IMG/VR virus record: IMGVR_UViG_3300012850_000001
Direction: 5' to 3' (one strand)
DNA: 55,962 bases
Origin: a virus
Positions 1 through 8,177 of the stretch are shown in pieces. A model generated the notes under the pieces. That model was not told the origin of the DNA. It saw nothing but the letters and a program-made list of their open reading frames with translations, and did no database searches. The position numbers and the translations under genes are program-made. Each line of letters begins with the position of its first letter. The first letter of the stretch is position 1.

Positions 1-123
1 CGACGTGGCCCTCTCGGACGCTTCAGTGACCACAGCGACGATCGCACGGGCCCTCGGCTCACTCGGGCACAGGATCAGCGCCGGAGCGTTGCAGCGGCAC
101 CGGCGAGGGGACTGCACCTGTGA
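1..123. repeat. Terminal direct repeat copy 1, identical to 55840-55962. It is an assembly overlap of a circular or terminally redundant genome.
   Basis: Compared base by base: the first 123 nt equal the last 123 nt. Confidence 0.95.
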
Positions 124-133
124 GTCTCGCTGA
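1..133 (+). CDS. 3' end of the junction-spanning small HTH-like gene that starts at 55736. Stop TGA is at 131-133.
   Basis: The reading frame of 55736-55962 continues through the repeat into 124-133 (GAG TCT CGC TGA). Confidence 0.6.
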   Translation, partial: DVALSDASVTTATIARALGSLGHRISAGALQRHRRGDCTCESR

Positions 134-1364
134 CGCGATCAGCGCAGCCCACATCGAACGCCCCACCGCAGCACCCATCCTCACCGTCGACGCAACACCC
201 GACGGGGGTGAGTTCACCGGCCTGGTCACGACGGAACCGGTGAAGCTCGGGGACTACGAGGGTGCGTTCGCGAAGGTCTACGAACTCGCCGGCCTGAACC
301 CGGACGAGTACCGCATCGTGGACGACACGGTCCGGTTCTCCGCGTGGGAGCAGTCAGCCCGCGCGAAGGACGGCACCCGCGACCGCGTCACCCTGTACTC
401 GTACCGGGCGAGGTTCCAGCGCATCACAGCCTTGGACCGGCGCACCGAAGAGGTCGTTGAGGCGCTGGCCCAGAACCTGCGGCAGCGTCGCCTGACCGTC
501 CGCCGCACCCCGGGCACCGGTCTGGGTGAGCCGTGCACGATGACGCACCTGCCGTCGGACTGGCAGCTCGGGAAGGACGAGACCCGCGAAGCCGACCTCG
601 AGCACGGCACCACCGGTGTCGAACAGACCGAATGGCGGGTCCTGCGCGGTGTCGACGCAGCGAAGACCCGCCTGAAGAACCTGCGACGGGTCGGCCGGAA
701 CGTCACCGGCATGGGTGTCGGGTTCATGGGCGACCCGACGGAGAACGTCGCTGACTCCTACGAGAACCAGACCCACATCGTCGAGCTCAACCTCACTGAC
801 CAGATCCTGCGGGCCCTGGACCTCGCGACGTACGTGTGTGAGGAACTGCTCCCCCTGGCCGGTGAGGCGGACGTGTGGGCGGTGCTTTGCAACCACGGGC
901 AGCTCGCACGCCGCGGCACGAAGACGAACGTCACCGGCGACGCCGACAACGTCCAGAACCTCCTCATGACAATCCTGCGTGACAGGATCGTCGGCCCGAA
1001 GTTCCCGCACGTGCGCTGGCACCTACCCGGTGCCGAGATGATCAACACGTTCCACCTCGCCGGTGTCCCAGTCGCCGCGGCGCACGGTCACAAGATCCGC
1101 GGCACGGAGGACGCGTGGCTGTTGAAGCAGACCGCGACCCTGCAAGCCAGGCGTGGCATCTCACCGCGCGTTTGGCTGACGGCGCACAAGCACTCGCAGA
1201 ACGTCCTCGACGTCGGCGCCATCCACCGAATCCAGGCCGCGACCGCTGACGGCGGGTCGAAGCACTTCACCGACGAGACCGCGATCTATGCGACGCCCGG
1301 CACGACGAACCTGCTGATCGGCCGCCATGACGAGCGTGGCTTCTCCGACGTCGAACTGCTGTAG
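120..1364 (+). CDS. Mre11/SbcD-like calcineurin-type metallophosphoesterase with a ~140-aa N-terminal extension.
   Basis: Motifs HLPSDWQLG (compare SbcD HTSDWHLG), MGDPTEN, CNHGQ (GNHD/E-like), AAHGHK and AHKHS (GHxH-like). GAGGGGA lies upstream of the GTG start. Confidence 0.7.
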   Translation: MSLADAISAAHIERPTAAPILTVDATPDGGEFTGLVTTEPVKLGDYEGAFAKVYELAGLNPDEYRIVDDTVRFSAWEQSARAKDGTRDRVTLYSYRARFQRITALDRRTEEVVEALAQNLRQRRLTVRRTPGTGLGEPCTMTHLPSDWQLGKDETREADLEHGTTGVEQTEWRVLRGVDAAKTRLKNLRRVGRNVTGMGVGFMGDPTENVADSYENQTHIVELNLTDQILRALDLATYVCEELLPLAGEADVWAVLCNHGQLARRGTKTNVTGDADNVQNLLMTILRDRIVGPKFPHVRWHLPGAEMINTFHLAGVPVAAAHGHKIRGTEDAWLLKQTATLQARRGISPRVWLTAHKHSQNVLDVGAIHRIQAATADGGSKHFTDETAIYATPGTTNLLIGRHDERGFSDVELL

Positions 1365-1372
1365 TCCCTGGT

Positions 1373-1621
1373 CTACGAGCGTGTGACGTGGCGGCGGATC
1401 GCCTGCCACAGCACCTCGTCGACCTCGCGGGATGCTGGGTGCGCCAACACTCGATGGAGCTCTGGGACGGGCGGCCAGACACCCGGATCGCCCGCGGACT
1501 CCGCCCATCGTGCGGTACGGGCAGCGAGCATCGTTGCGAGCAGATCACCGGGCAGGCCGGCGGCGATGGCGCGGTCCATCGCGCGGGCCGATGCCCTGAC
1601 CTGCTCGGAGGTCCGGTCCAC
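1373..1621 (-). CDS. Hypothetical 82-aa protein, co-oriented with and just downstream of the tRNA fragment in attP.
   Basis: GC3-rich frame, GTG start preceded by GGGAG. It is the C-terminal part of track ORF 1373..2392. Confidence 0.5.
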   Translation of the reverse strand: MDRTSEQVRASARAMDRAIAAGLPGDLLATMLAARTARWAESAGDPGVWPPVPELHRVLAHPASREVDEVLWQAIRRHVTRS

Positions 1622-1752
1622 TGTGGGGGCTCCCTGGGGGCTCCGAGATACTGGCGGTGGCTGCAGGCGGGCGGTGTGCGGCTGTAAGTTCCGCCACTTC
1701 AGTGGAACGTGGCCGGAGATCCACGGGAAGGTGAACCCGCAGGTGGGAACTG

Positions 1753-1797
1753 TGGTGCGCCTGGGCAGATTCGAACTGCCGACACCCGCTTTAGGAG
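1753..1797 (-). other. attP common core: 3' 45 nt of a tRNA-Arg(CCT)-like gene, from the anticodon loop through CCA.
   Basis: The minus strand reads CTCCTAAAGCGGGTGTCGGCAGTTCGAATCTGCCCAGGCGCACCA. This gives T arm GGCAG/TTCGAAT/CTGCC, an acceptor 3' strand plus CCA, and anticodon loop CUCCUAA. The 5' half of the tRNA is absent. The site is adjacent to the integrase gene. Confidence 0.75.
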
Positions 1798-1839
1798 AAC
1801 CATGCTCCAACGGGTATGACGCCAGGTCAGAGCGTTGTG

Positions 1840-2985
1840 CTAGGCGGCTTGGGGGCTGCCTGGGGGCTGGCGCTTCTGGGCGATCAGCGCGGACAGGGCG
1901 ATGCCCACGTGGTCGAGGTCGTCGTCGAACAGCTCTGCGTACTCGTCGAGGGTCATCGCCGCGGACGCGTGACCGACCATCCGCTGGATCGCCTTCACGT
2001 TCGCTCCTGCCGAGATTGCCAGGGACACGGCCGTGTGGCGTAGGTCGTGGGGTGTGATGTGCGGGAGCCCGACCGCGGTCTTCGCGTCCTTGAACTGTCG
2101 CTCGGACCAGTTGTGGCGGTCGACCTGCTTGCCTCGCAGGGTGGTGAAGACGTAGTCGTCGCCCTTCTTGTCGGCGATCGCGGTGCGCAGGATCGGCAGG
2201 AGCTCGTCGACGAGCGGGACCGACCGAACACCTGCGGGTGTCTTCGTCGAGTCTGAAGCCACTCGCCGGCCACCGACGAGGGCGACGGTCGCGGTCACGT
2301 TGACTCGCTTCCGGACGAGGTTCACGTCCCGGGCGCGCAGTTCGGCGGCTTCCCCGACTCGCAGGCCGGTGAACGCGAGGAACGTCGTCCACGCCCGCCA
2401 GTGTGCGGGCATCGCTGCGACGAGGGCGTCGACCTGCGGCACGGTCAGGTAGTGCTTGCGGCGGGTCTTGGCCGATCCGAACTTCACGCCGAGGGCCGGG
2501 TTCACGCCGAGGCGTCGCGCCTTGACGGCTGCGTTGAGCATCGCGGAGAACACCGACCAGACGCGCCGTCGGGTCGCCACTGTGCCGACGTCGAGAAGCC
2601 CGACCCAGACCTGTACCGCCTCATGGGTGACGTCAGCGAGGGCGAGGTCGCCCCACCGCGGGTAGACGTGCACCTTCAGGATCGAGGCGTTGCGCTCTTC
2701 GGTGGAGGGGCGCAGGTCGACGCGCGACGAGTGCCACTGCTGGCCCCACTCGCGCACGGTCATCGCGGACCGTTCGGCGGTGACGTAGGTGCCGGCGCGT
2801 TGCTCGGTCGCGGTCCGCTCGAGGTGGCCGCGTGCGGCGTCCTTGTTGTCGAACGCCTTCTTGCGTCGCTGCCCGCCCGGCTCGGTCCAGACGGCGAGCC
2901 ACCGTGAGCCGCGGCCGTAGCGCTCCGTGCGGGTCTTCTTGCCGTCGGGGCCAGCCTGCATCCACCGATCTTCAACGTGCGCCAT
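1840..2985 (-). CDS. int: Tyrosine integrase.
   Basis: C-terminal HDLRHTAVSLAISAGANVKAIQRMVGHASAAMTLDEYAELF (R..HxxR..Y catalytic signature). Typical phage Int N-terminus. Confidence 0.95.
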   Translation of the reverse strand: MAHVEDRWMQAGPDGKKTRTERYGRGSRWLAVWTEPGGQRRKKAFDNKDAARGHLERTATEQRAGTYVTAERSAMTVREWGQQWHSSRVDLRPSTEERNASILKVHVYPRWGDLALADVTHEAVQVWVGLLDVGTVATRRRVWSVFSAMLNAAVKARRLGVNPALGVKFGSAKTRRKHYLTVPQVDALVAAMPAHWRAWTTFLAFTGLRVGEAAELRARDVNLVRKRVNVTATVALVGGRRVASDSTKTPAGVRSVPLVDELLPILRTAIADKKGDDYVFTTLRGKQVDRHNWSERQFKDAKTAVGLPHITPHDLRHTAVSLAISAGANVKAIQRMVGHASAAMTLDEYAELFDDDLDHVGIALSALIAQKRQPPGSPQAA

Positions 2986-3000
2986 GTCGCCCCTCCTGGA

Positions 3001-3594
3001 TCAGCTGACCTTGCCGTAGAACAGGCCGCACGTGACGCACTGGACCCGCTGGTTTGTGGCGACCGTCCCAGCGCCTGCGCCGATGAGGCCGAACAGTACG
3101 GTCGCGGTGCCGATCGCGGCGCGCTGACCGCCGGTGCGTCGCAGCTTGAACTGCGTGCCGTCGCACTTAGGGCACCGCGGCGGGCCGTCGCCGGCGATGA
3201 GGCCGTGGTCCTGGTGGGCCTTGTCGGCGGCTGAGAGTTGCGCATCCTTGCGCATCGTCTCTGTCGGCCATGCGAGGAAGAAGATGATCGCGCCAAGGAC
3301 GGCGAGTGCGACCCCCAGGTAGACGTTGATCCAGGCACCGAGAACGGCGACCACGAGCACCCCCACAGCGAAGACGACCCGACTGTTCAAGGTGATGCCG
3401 GGGCGCGGTTCACGGCCGTGCACTGGGGCGTTCACGTCGGCGCCGGGAAGCGGGGTCTGGGCCCGACGGTACCGGGCCAGGTCGCGGCCCGAGGCGGCGA
3501 AGGACCAGGTGTCGCCGTCCCAGTACCGGTACCCCTTGGGCGATTCGTGCCAACCGACAGCGGTCTTCTCGGTCATCGTGCGATCCACCTTCAT
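3001..3594 (-). CDS. DUF2510-like membrane protein with a C-terminal zinc ribbon, in the lysogeny operon.
   Basis: GWHESPKGYRYWDGDTWS (DUF2510-like), two hydrophobic helices, CPKCDG...CVTCG. ATGA overlap with the upstream gene. Confidence 0.65.
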   Translation of the reverse strand: MKVDRTMTEKTAVGWHESPKGYRYWDGDTWSFAASGRDLARYRRAQTPLPGADVNAPVHGREPRPGITLNSRVVFAVGVLVVAVLGAWINVYLGVALAVLGAIIFFLAWPTETMRKDAQLSAADKAHQDHGLIAGDGPPRCPKCDGTQFKLRRTGGQRAAIGTATVLFGLIGAGAGTVATNQRVQCVTCGLFYGKVS

Positions 3595-4025
3595 GCTCCG
3601 TCCTCGCGTGCTGCGAGGCGCTGTTCGACGTGTTCCTTCTCTGTGGCGGTGAGGTTCGCGAGCCGGCGCCGCAGGACCCGGACGGTGACCCCGAGGTGCT
3701 CGGCGGCGAGTTCGGGGTGCAACGGGTGCACACAGAGGGCATCGGCGATCTCGTCGACGTCCTCAAGGAGGCGGGCCGCTGCGAGCCGGTCGGCGTCTCG
3801 TTCGGAGCGTGTGCCGAACCAGCCAGACTGTGCGGCGTGCCGAAGGTCGATGTGTGCGATCTCATGCGCGAGCGTGCAACGGCGCCCAGCCATGTCGAGC
3901 TCGTCTGACAGCAGGATGATCCGTTCGGACGCCACCCAGGCGCCGTTCACGGGTGCGATGGCGCACCGGTGGACGTGGACGCCTGGGTGGCGTTCCGCTA
4001 CGTCAGCCCAAGGGCTGTAGGTCAA
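3591..4025 (-). CDS. ImmA/IrrE-family zinc metallopeptidase.
   Basis: LAHEIAHIDLRH (HExxH) motif. Lies immediately downstream of the XRE repressor. Confidence 0.85.
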   Translation of the reverse strand: MTYSPWADVAERHPGVHVHRCAIAPVNGAWVASERIILLSDELDMAGRRCTLAHEIAHIDLRHAAQSGWFGTRSERDADRLAAARLLEDVDEIADALCVHPLHPELAAEHLGVTVRVLRRRLANLTATEKEHVEQRLAAREDGA

Positions 4026-4403
4026 CTACTTCTCCTCGATACCTCGCCGTACCTCCCGTGCTACCTCGAGGGCCCGCAGTCGTGCTGCGGTGATCACGAG
4101 GTCACGGTCGTGCTCGTCGAGGTCGGTCAGGTCGATGTCTAGGAGCACGCCTGATGCATCCTGGCTGGGAGGTCTGACATCGGCTTCGATTCCGCGGCTG
4201 ATTCGGTCGATGGTGCCGGGCGCCCAGCCGAGGGCGACGTCGAGCTTGGTGAGGGACGCGGGCCTGGGCCACCGGGTGCCGGCGAGGAAGTCGCCGATGG
4301 TGGCCTTGTCGAGGCTGGTGGTCCGCGTGAGTGCGGCGATGCTGAGGCCTTGCTGGCCCATCGCTGTGCGGACTGCGTCCCGCGCTTGTTCTCGTGTGTC
4401 CAA
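4026..4403 (-). CDS. XRE-family HTH immunity repressor (CI/ImmR-like). TTG start, or a start further downstream.
   Basis: HTH segment QQGLSIAALTRTTSLDKATIGDFLAG. Divergent from the cro-like gene across a 217-nt control region. Confidence 0.8.
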   Translation of the reverse strand: MDTREQARDAVRTAMGQQGLSIAALTRTTSLDKATIGDFLAGTRWPRPASLTKLDVALGWAPGTIDRISRGIEADVRPPSQDASGVLLDIDLTDLDEHDRDLVITAARLRALEVAREVRRGIEEK

Positions 4404-4585
4404 CTTGGTGGCTCTCTCGCTGAGGTCATGGTGGAACAGTGCTGGGTGAAGTCAGGGAACATCAATGTGAGACGGTTTGAACAGGGACCCGTTTCGTCCG
4501 GAAATACCTCCGCCTAGCACGCTGGCGTGATGATGGGCTGACCTGCGAAAACACCCGTCGTCCGCCATGTTCCCCATCGTGGGTG

Positions 4586-4614
4586 TTGACGGTTCCCCCT
4601 AGTTCCTCCATACT
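4586..4614 (+). promoter_or_regulatory. Rightward early promoter, apparently leaderless.
   Basis: TTGACG, 17-nt spacer, CATACT, then 6 nt and ATG 4621. No SD is visible. Confidence 0.55.
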
Positions 4615-4620
4615 GGCGGC

Positions 4621-4875
4621 ATGGCGACGAACACACTTCACCGACTCGACCCGGAGCAGGTGCGGATCGGGGAGACTCTGCGCACCCTGTGGGAGCAGCA
4701 GGGCTACAAGTTGGGCGAGTTCGCAGGCGAACTGGGGATCTCCTACGCGTACCTGTCGAACATCGCAGCCGGGCGCAAGCGCCTGACACCGCAGCTCCTC
4801 GCGAAAGCCTCACGGGTGCTTCGCGTGCGGCAGGTCGCGATCGTCCGGGACGGCTACTACGAGGACGCGGCGTGA
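4621..4875 (+). CDS. Cro-like XRE-family HTH protein.
   Basis: LGEFAGELGISYAYLSNIAAGRK HTH. Position opposite the repressor. Confidence 0.7.
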   Translation: MATNTLHRLDPEQVRIGETLRTLWEQQGYKLGEFAGELGISYAYLSNIAAGRKRLTPQLLAKASRVLRVRQVAIVRDGYYEDAA

Positions 4876-5078
4876 CCCGACCAGAGCCGCTCATGCGAGT
4901 GCGCGACGTCGCGGACTACCTCGACCTGCACCCCGAGACGGTCCGCGAGTGGGCCCGCACAGGCCGCCTCCCGGCGTCGAAGCCCGGTGGCCGGACGAGT
5001 CCCTACCGGTTCCGCCGCTCCGCGCTCGACGCGTGGCTGGAAAGAGCGGAGGCAACCAACGCCCGTCGCGCCGGATGA
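4872..5078 (+). CDS. Excisionase-like MerR-type HTH DNA-binding protein.
   Basis: MRVRDVADYLDLHPETVREWARTGRLPASKPG. GTGA overlap with the cro-like gene. Confidence 0.6.
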   Translation: MTRPEPLMRVRDVADYLDLHPETVREWARTGRLPASKPGGRTSPYRFRRSALDAWLERAEATNARRAG

Positions 5079-5170
5079 ACCACCCCTACCAGCCCTGGCA
5101 GCACACACGCCCCTCACAGACCGGGCGCCAGGGCACGCACCAACCCTCAACCGCCAAGCAGGGAGAACCC

Positions 5171-5368
5171 ATGAAGCGCCCCACCTTCCCGGACGGCCCC
5201 GGCCGTCACCGGGCCCCGTACGAGCTCGTCACCGACCTGTCGAAGTCCCGCGGCCCGTTCCGGCCCGCGATGCACCGCGCCGACGACAACGTCCGCGCCC
5301 TGCGACCCCGCGACGCGTTCTCGGACGACCCGGACCGCACCGTCCGTGGGTTCGGTGACGCCGCGTGA
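5171..5368 (+). CDS. Hypothetical protein (65 aa).
   Basis: GGGAGA SD 5 nt before the ATG. Preceded by the CTCAACCGCCAAG motif. Confidence 0.55.
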   Translation: MKRPTFPDGPGRHRAPYELVTDLSKSRGPFRPAMHRADDNVRALRPRDAFSDDPDRTVRGFGDAA

Positions 5369-5667
5369 GCGTCACGACCCTGACCGCTGACGAGCGCCTC
5401 ACCGGTGCGCGGGAGCACGTCGCCCACGCCATCGCACAGGCCAACATCACGGCGACCGTGGAGATCACGGACCAGCCCACCATCCGGGTCACGGTCGACG
5501 ACCCGATCCGACGCCACGCCCTCGCCGGCGTCATCACCGACGGGCGCCCGATCGCCCGCGAGGTGTTCTACGACAACCCGCCGATGGAGGTCCTGACGGG
5601 CTGGTCCCGGTTCTACCCGGCCATCCCCGTCGCTCTCGTCGGCCCGACCACACGGAGGGCAGCATGA
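5365..5667 (+). CDS. Hypothetical protein.
   Basis: GC3-rich ORF, GTGA coupling. Confidence 0.65.
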   Translation: MSVTTLTADERLTGAREHVAHAIAQANITATVEITDQPTIRVTVDDPIRRHALAGVITDGRPIAREVFYDNPPMEVLTGWSRFYPAIPVALVGPTTRRAA

Positions 5668-6677
5668 GCGTCAACTACGCAGCCCCCGCCGGGAAGCTCA
5701 TCCTTCCGGTCGACCCGGACCGCACGGAGTGGCTCCGTGTGCGGACCCTCGGCGTCGGCGGGACGGACATCGCGACCCTCATGGGTGCGAACAAGTACCA
5801 GACCCCGTTCCAGGCGTGGCAGAGCAAGGTCGACCCGATCCTCGAGGAGGAGTCCTCGGAGGCGATGTGGTGGGGCTCCCAGACGGAAGCCCTGACCGCG
5901 ATCCGGTTCGAGCAGCAGACGGGCCTCTCGACTCGTCGGGCCGGGACGTACCAGTCGAAGACGAACCCGCACCACCTGATCAACCCGGACCGGTTCGTCT
6001 CGGACGGTGGCGTCCTCGAGATCAAGGACCACGAGTCGCTCTCCGCAGCCGGCAAAACGGTCCTGGGCGGTCAGATCACTGACCACGCGTGGGTCCAGCT
6101 GCAGTGGGCCATGCACGTGACCGGCCGGTCGCACGGGTGGTTCGCGGCGAAGGTCGGCAAGCAGACGAAGGTCCTCGGACCGTTCCCTCGTGACGACGCG
6201 TTCATCGCGCGTGCCATCACGGCAGCGGACACGTTCTGGGGGTACGTCACGTCGCGCACGGCACCGCCGATGGACCTCGCCACCGTGACGGCGGACGAGG
6301 TCGCGGCCCGGTTCCCACTCGTCGAGGCGTCGGACGCCGTCGAGGTCACCGCCCTGCCGATCCCGGACATGTACCTCGAGGACCTGGCCCGACTCGACGA
6401 GATCCGCGACCTCGGTTCCCGGTTCTCCGCTGAGCGGGACCAGATCGAGGCCCGACTCAAGGCCCTCATCGGTGAGCACGAGTTCCTGACGGTCAACGGC
6501 CGCCCGGTCCTGCGCTGGCAGCAGGTCGCGGGCAGCAAGGCGTTCGACAAGGCCGCCGCCGTCGCCCGCATCGCGGAGCTCACCGGCAAGACGCCCGTCG
6601 AGGTCGAGGCAGACCTCACGAAGCAGGGCGCCCCGTCGCGCCGCTTCGCCCCCATCACGAACAAGGAGGCAGCATGA
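5664..6677 (+). CDS. YqaJ/RecE-like recombination exonuclease.
   Basis: GGTDIATLMGANKYQTPFQAWQSK and D...EIK PD-(D/E)xK-like motifs. Directly upstream of recT. Confidence 0.8.
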   Translation: MSVNYAAPAGKLILPVDPDRTEWLRVRTLGVGGTDIATLMGANKYQTPFQAWQSKVDPILEEESSEAMWWGSQTEALTAIRFEQQTGLSTRRAGTYQSKTNPHHLINPDRFVSDGGVLEIKDHESLSAAGKTVLGGQITDHAWVQLQWAMHVTGRSHGWFAAKVGKQTKVLGPFPRDDAFIARAITAADTFWGYVTSRTAPPMDLATVTADEVAARFPLVEASDAVEVTALPIPDMYLEDLARLDEIRDLGSRFSAERDQIEARLKALIGEHEFLTVNGRPVLRWQQVAGSKAFDKAAAVARIAELTGKTPVEVEADLTKQGAPSRRFAPITNKEAA

Positions 6678-7525
6678 CCTCGCAGTCGGTGGCGACCGTC
6701 ACCCAGCACCCGTCGTCCGCCCTGGCCGTCACCGCGGGTCAGGCGGACTGGAATCCCCGTCAGATCGCGGCTCTGCGGCAGATCGGTGTCGAGGACGCCG
6801 ATCAGGGCGACCTGGCCGTGTTCCTGAACTTCGCGCAGCGGACCGGTCTGGACCCGTTCGCCCGGCAGATCTACATGATCGGCCGTTTCGACCGCCGATC
6901 GCAGCGCACGAAGTGGACGATCCAGGCGTCGATCGACGGCCTGCGGATCGTGGCCCAGCGGTCCGGTGAGTACGCCGGCCAGGTCGGCCCGGAGTGGTGC
7001 GGCCCTGACGGACAGTGGCGCGACGTGTGGCTCAAGTCCGAGGCGCCCGTCGCTGCCCGTGTGGGAGTCCTGCGGAAGGGGTTCTCGCAGCCGTTGTACG
7101 CGGTGGCCCTTTTCGCGGAGTACGCGTCGGAGTACCAGGGCAAGCCCGCAGGCCTGTGGGGTTCGAAGCCTGCCGTGATGATCGCGAAGTGCGCGGAGGC
7201 TCTGGCGCTGCGCAAGGCGTTCCCGATGGACCTGTCGGGCCTGTACACGGCCGAGGAGATGGCCCAGGCGGACGCACCGGCAGCGGACCCTGCGCCAGCC
7301 GTGGCCCGTGTCGAGGATGTTCCGGCGCGGGACTGGGTCGCTGAGGCCGAGGCGATGAACGACGTCGAGTCGCTACGCGCCCTGTACACGGAGGCCGTGA
7401 ACGGCCTGACAGGCCCGGAGCTGACGAAGGTGAAGGCCGCCATCACGACCCGCGCCGAGGTCGTCTCCGGGCCGCCGCCTGCGGACGAGCCGGTCGATGC
7501 GGAGATCGTCGAGGAGGCTTCGTGA
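6674..7525 (+). CDS. recT: RecT-family single-strand annealing protein.
   Basis: FLNFAQRTGLDPFARQIYMI, IDGLRIVAQRSGEY and MIAKCAEALALRKAFP. Confidence 0.9.
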   Translation: MTSQSVATVTQHPSSALAVTAGQADWNPRQIAALRQIGVEDADQGDLAVFLNFAQRTGLDPFARQIYMIGRFDRRSQRTKWTIQASIDGLRIVAQRSGEYAGQVGPEWCGPDGQWRDVWLKSEAPVAARVGVLRKGFSQPLYAVALFAEYASEYQGKPAGLWGSKPAVMIAKCAEALALRKAFPMDLSGLYTAEEMAQADAPAADPAPAVARVEDVPARDWVAEAEAMNDVESLRALYTEAVNGLTGPELTKVKAAITTRAEVVSGPPPADEPVDAEIVEEAS

Positions 7526-7875
7526 CCCTCCCATCCCAGCAGGACGTCGTCCTCGAGCTCTCCCGGATCGCCCGGGACCTCGACGCGAAGACGGCCGAGA
7601 TCGCACGCCTGGACGAGGACGCGGTGCGGGCGAAGTCCCGGTTCGAGGTGCAGTTCGCCCGCACCTTCCTGTCCACGACGGGGTCGATGGACGTCCGCAA
7701 GCAGACCGCGGTCCTCGACACCGCGGACGCGAAGCTAGACGCGGAGATCGGTGAGGCGAAGGTCCGTGCCGCCCGTGAGTCGATCCGCACTCTGCGGGAC
7801 CGGCTCGAGGTGGGTCGCAGCCTGAACGCGGCCGTCCGCGCGGAGTTCGCAGCCGGGGCGGTGGGTCAGCCGTGA
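7522..7875 (+). CDS. Hypothetical coiled-coil protein.
   Basis: Coupled ORF, GC3-rich. Confidence 0.6.
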   Translation: MTLPSQQDVVLELSRIARDLDAKTAEIARLDEDAVRAKSRFEVQFARTFLSTTGSMDVRKQTAVLDTADAKLDAEIGEAKVRAARESIRTLRDRLEVGRSLNAAVRAEFAAGAVGQP

Positions 7876-8177
7876 GTGACCTGGACCTGACCGAGGCGGC
7901 CGACGTAGCGGCACGGGCGGTGTTCGCAGATGACTACGCGCGGTACGAGGGATTCGGTGGCGACCCGGTCATCTGGGAGGACTACCGGCACGAGGCCCTG
8001 ATCGCCCTCACCGCATCTGCTCCCCTGATCGAGTCGCAGGTGCGGGCGAAGGTCGCCGCGGAGATCGAGGCGTATCGCGGACCCGTGCATGGCGTCCCGC
8101 TGCCCGATTCGGTCGGTCACTGGATCGACAGCGCGGATGCCTACCAGGCTGCCCGCATCGCGCGGGGTGACTCGTGA
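7872..8177 (+). CDS. Hypothetical protein.
   Basis: Coupled ORF, GC3-rich. Confidence 0.6.
   Translation: MSDLDLTEAADVAARAVFADDYARYEGFGGDPVIWEDYRHEALIALTASAPLIESQVRAKVAAEIEAYRGPVHGVPLPDSVGHWIDSADAYQAARIARGDS

Noticed and set aside
1373-2392. A 339-aa minus-strand ORF overlapping the integrase gene.
   Set aside because: Most of it is an alternative frame of the integrase region and crosses the attP tRNA fragment. Only the last 82 codons (1373-1621), with their own GGGAG-GTG start, look like a gene.
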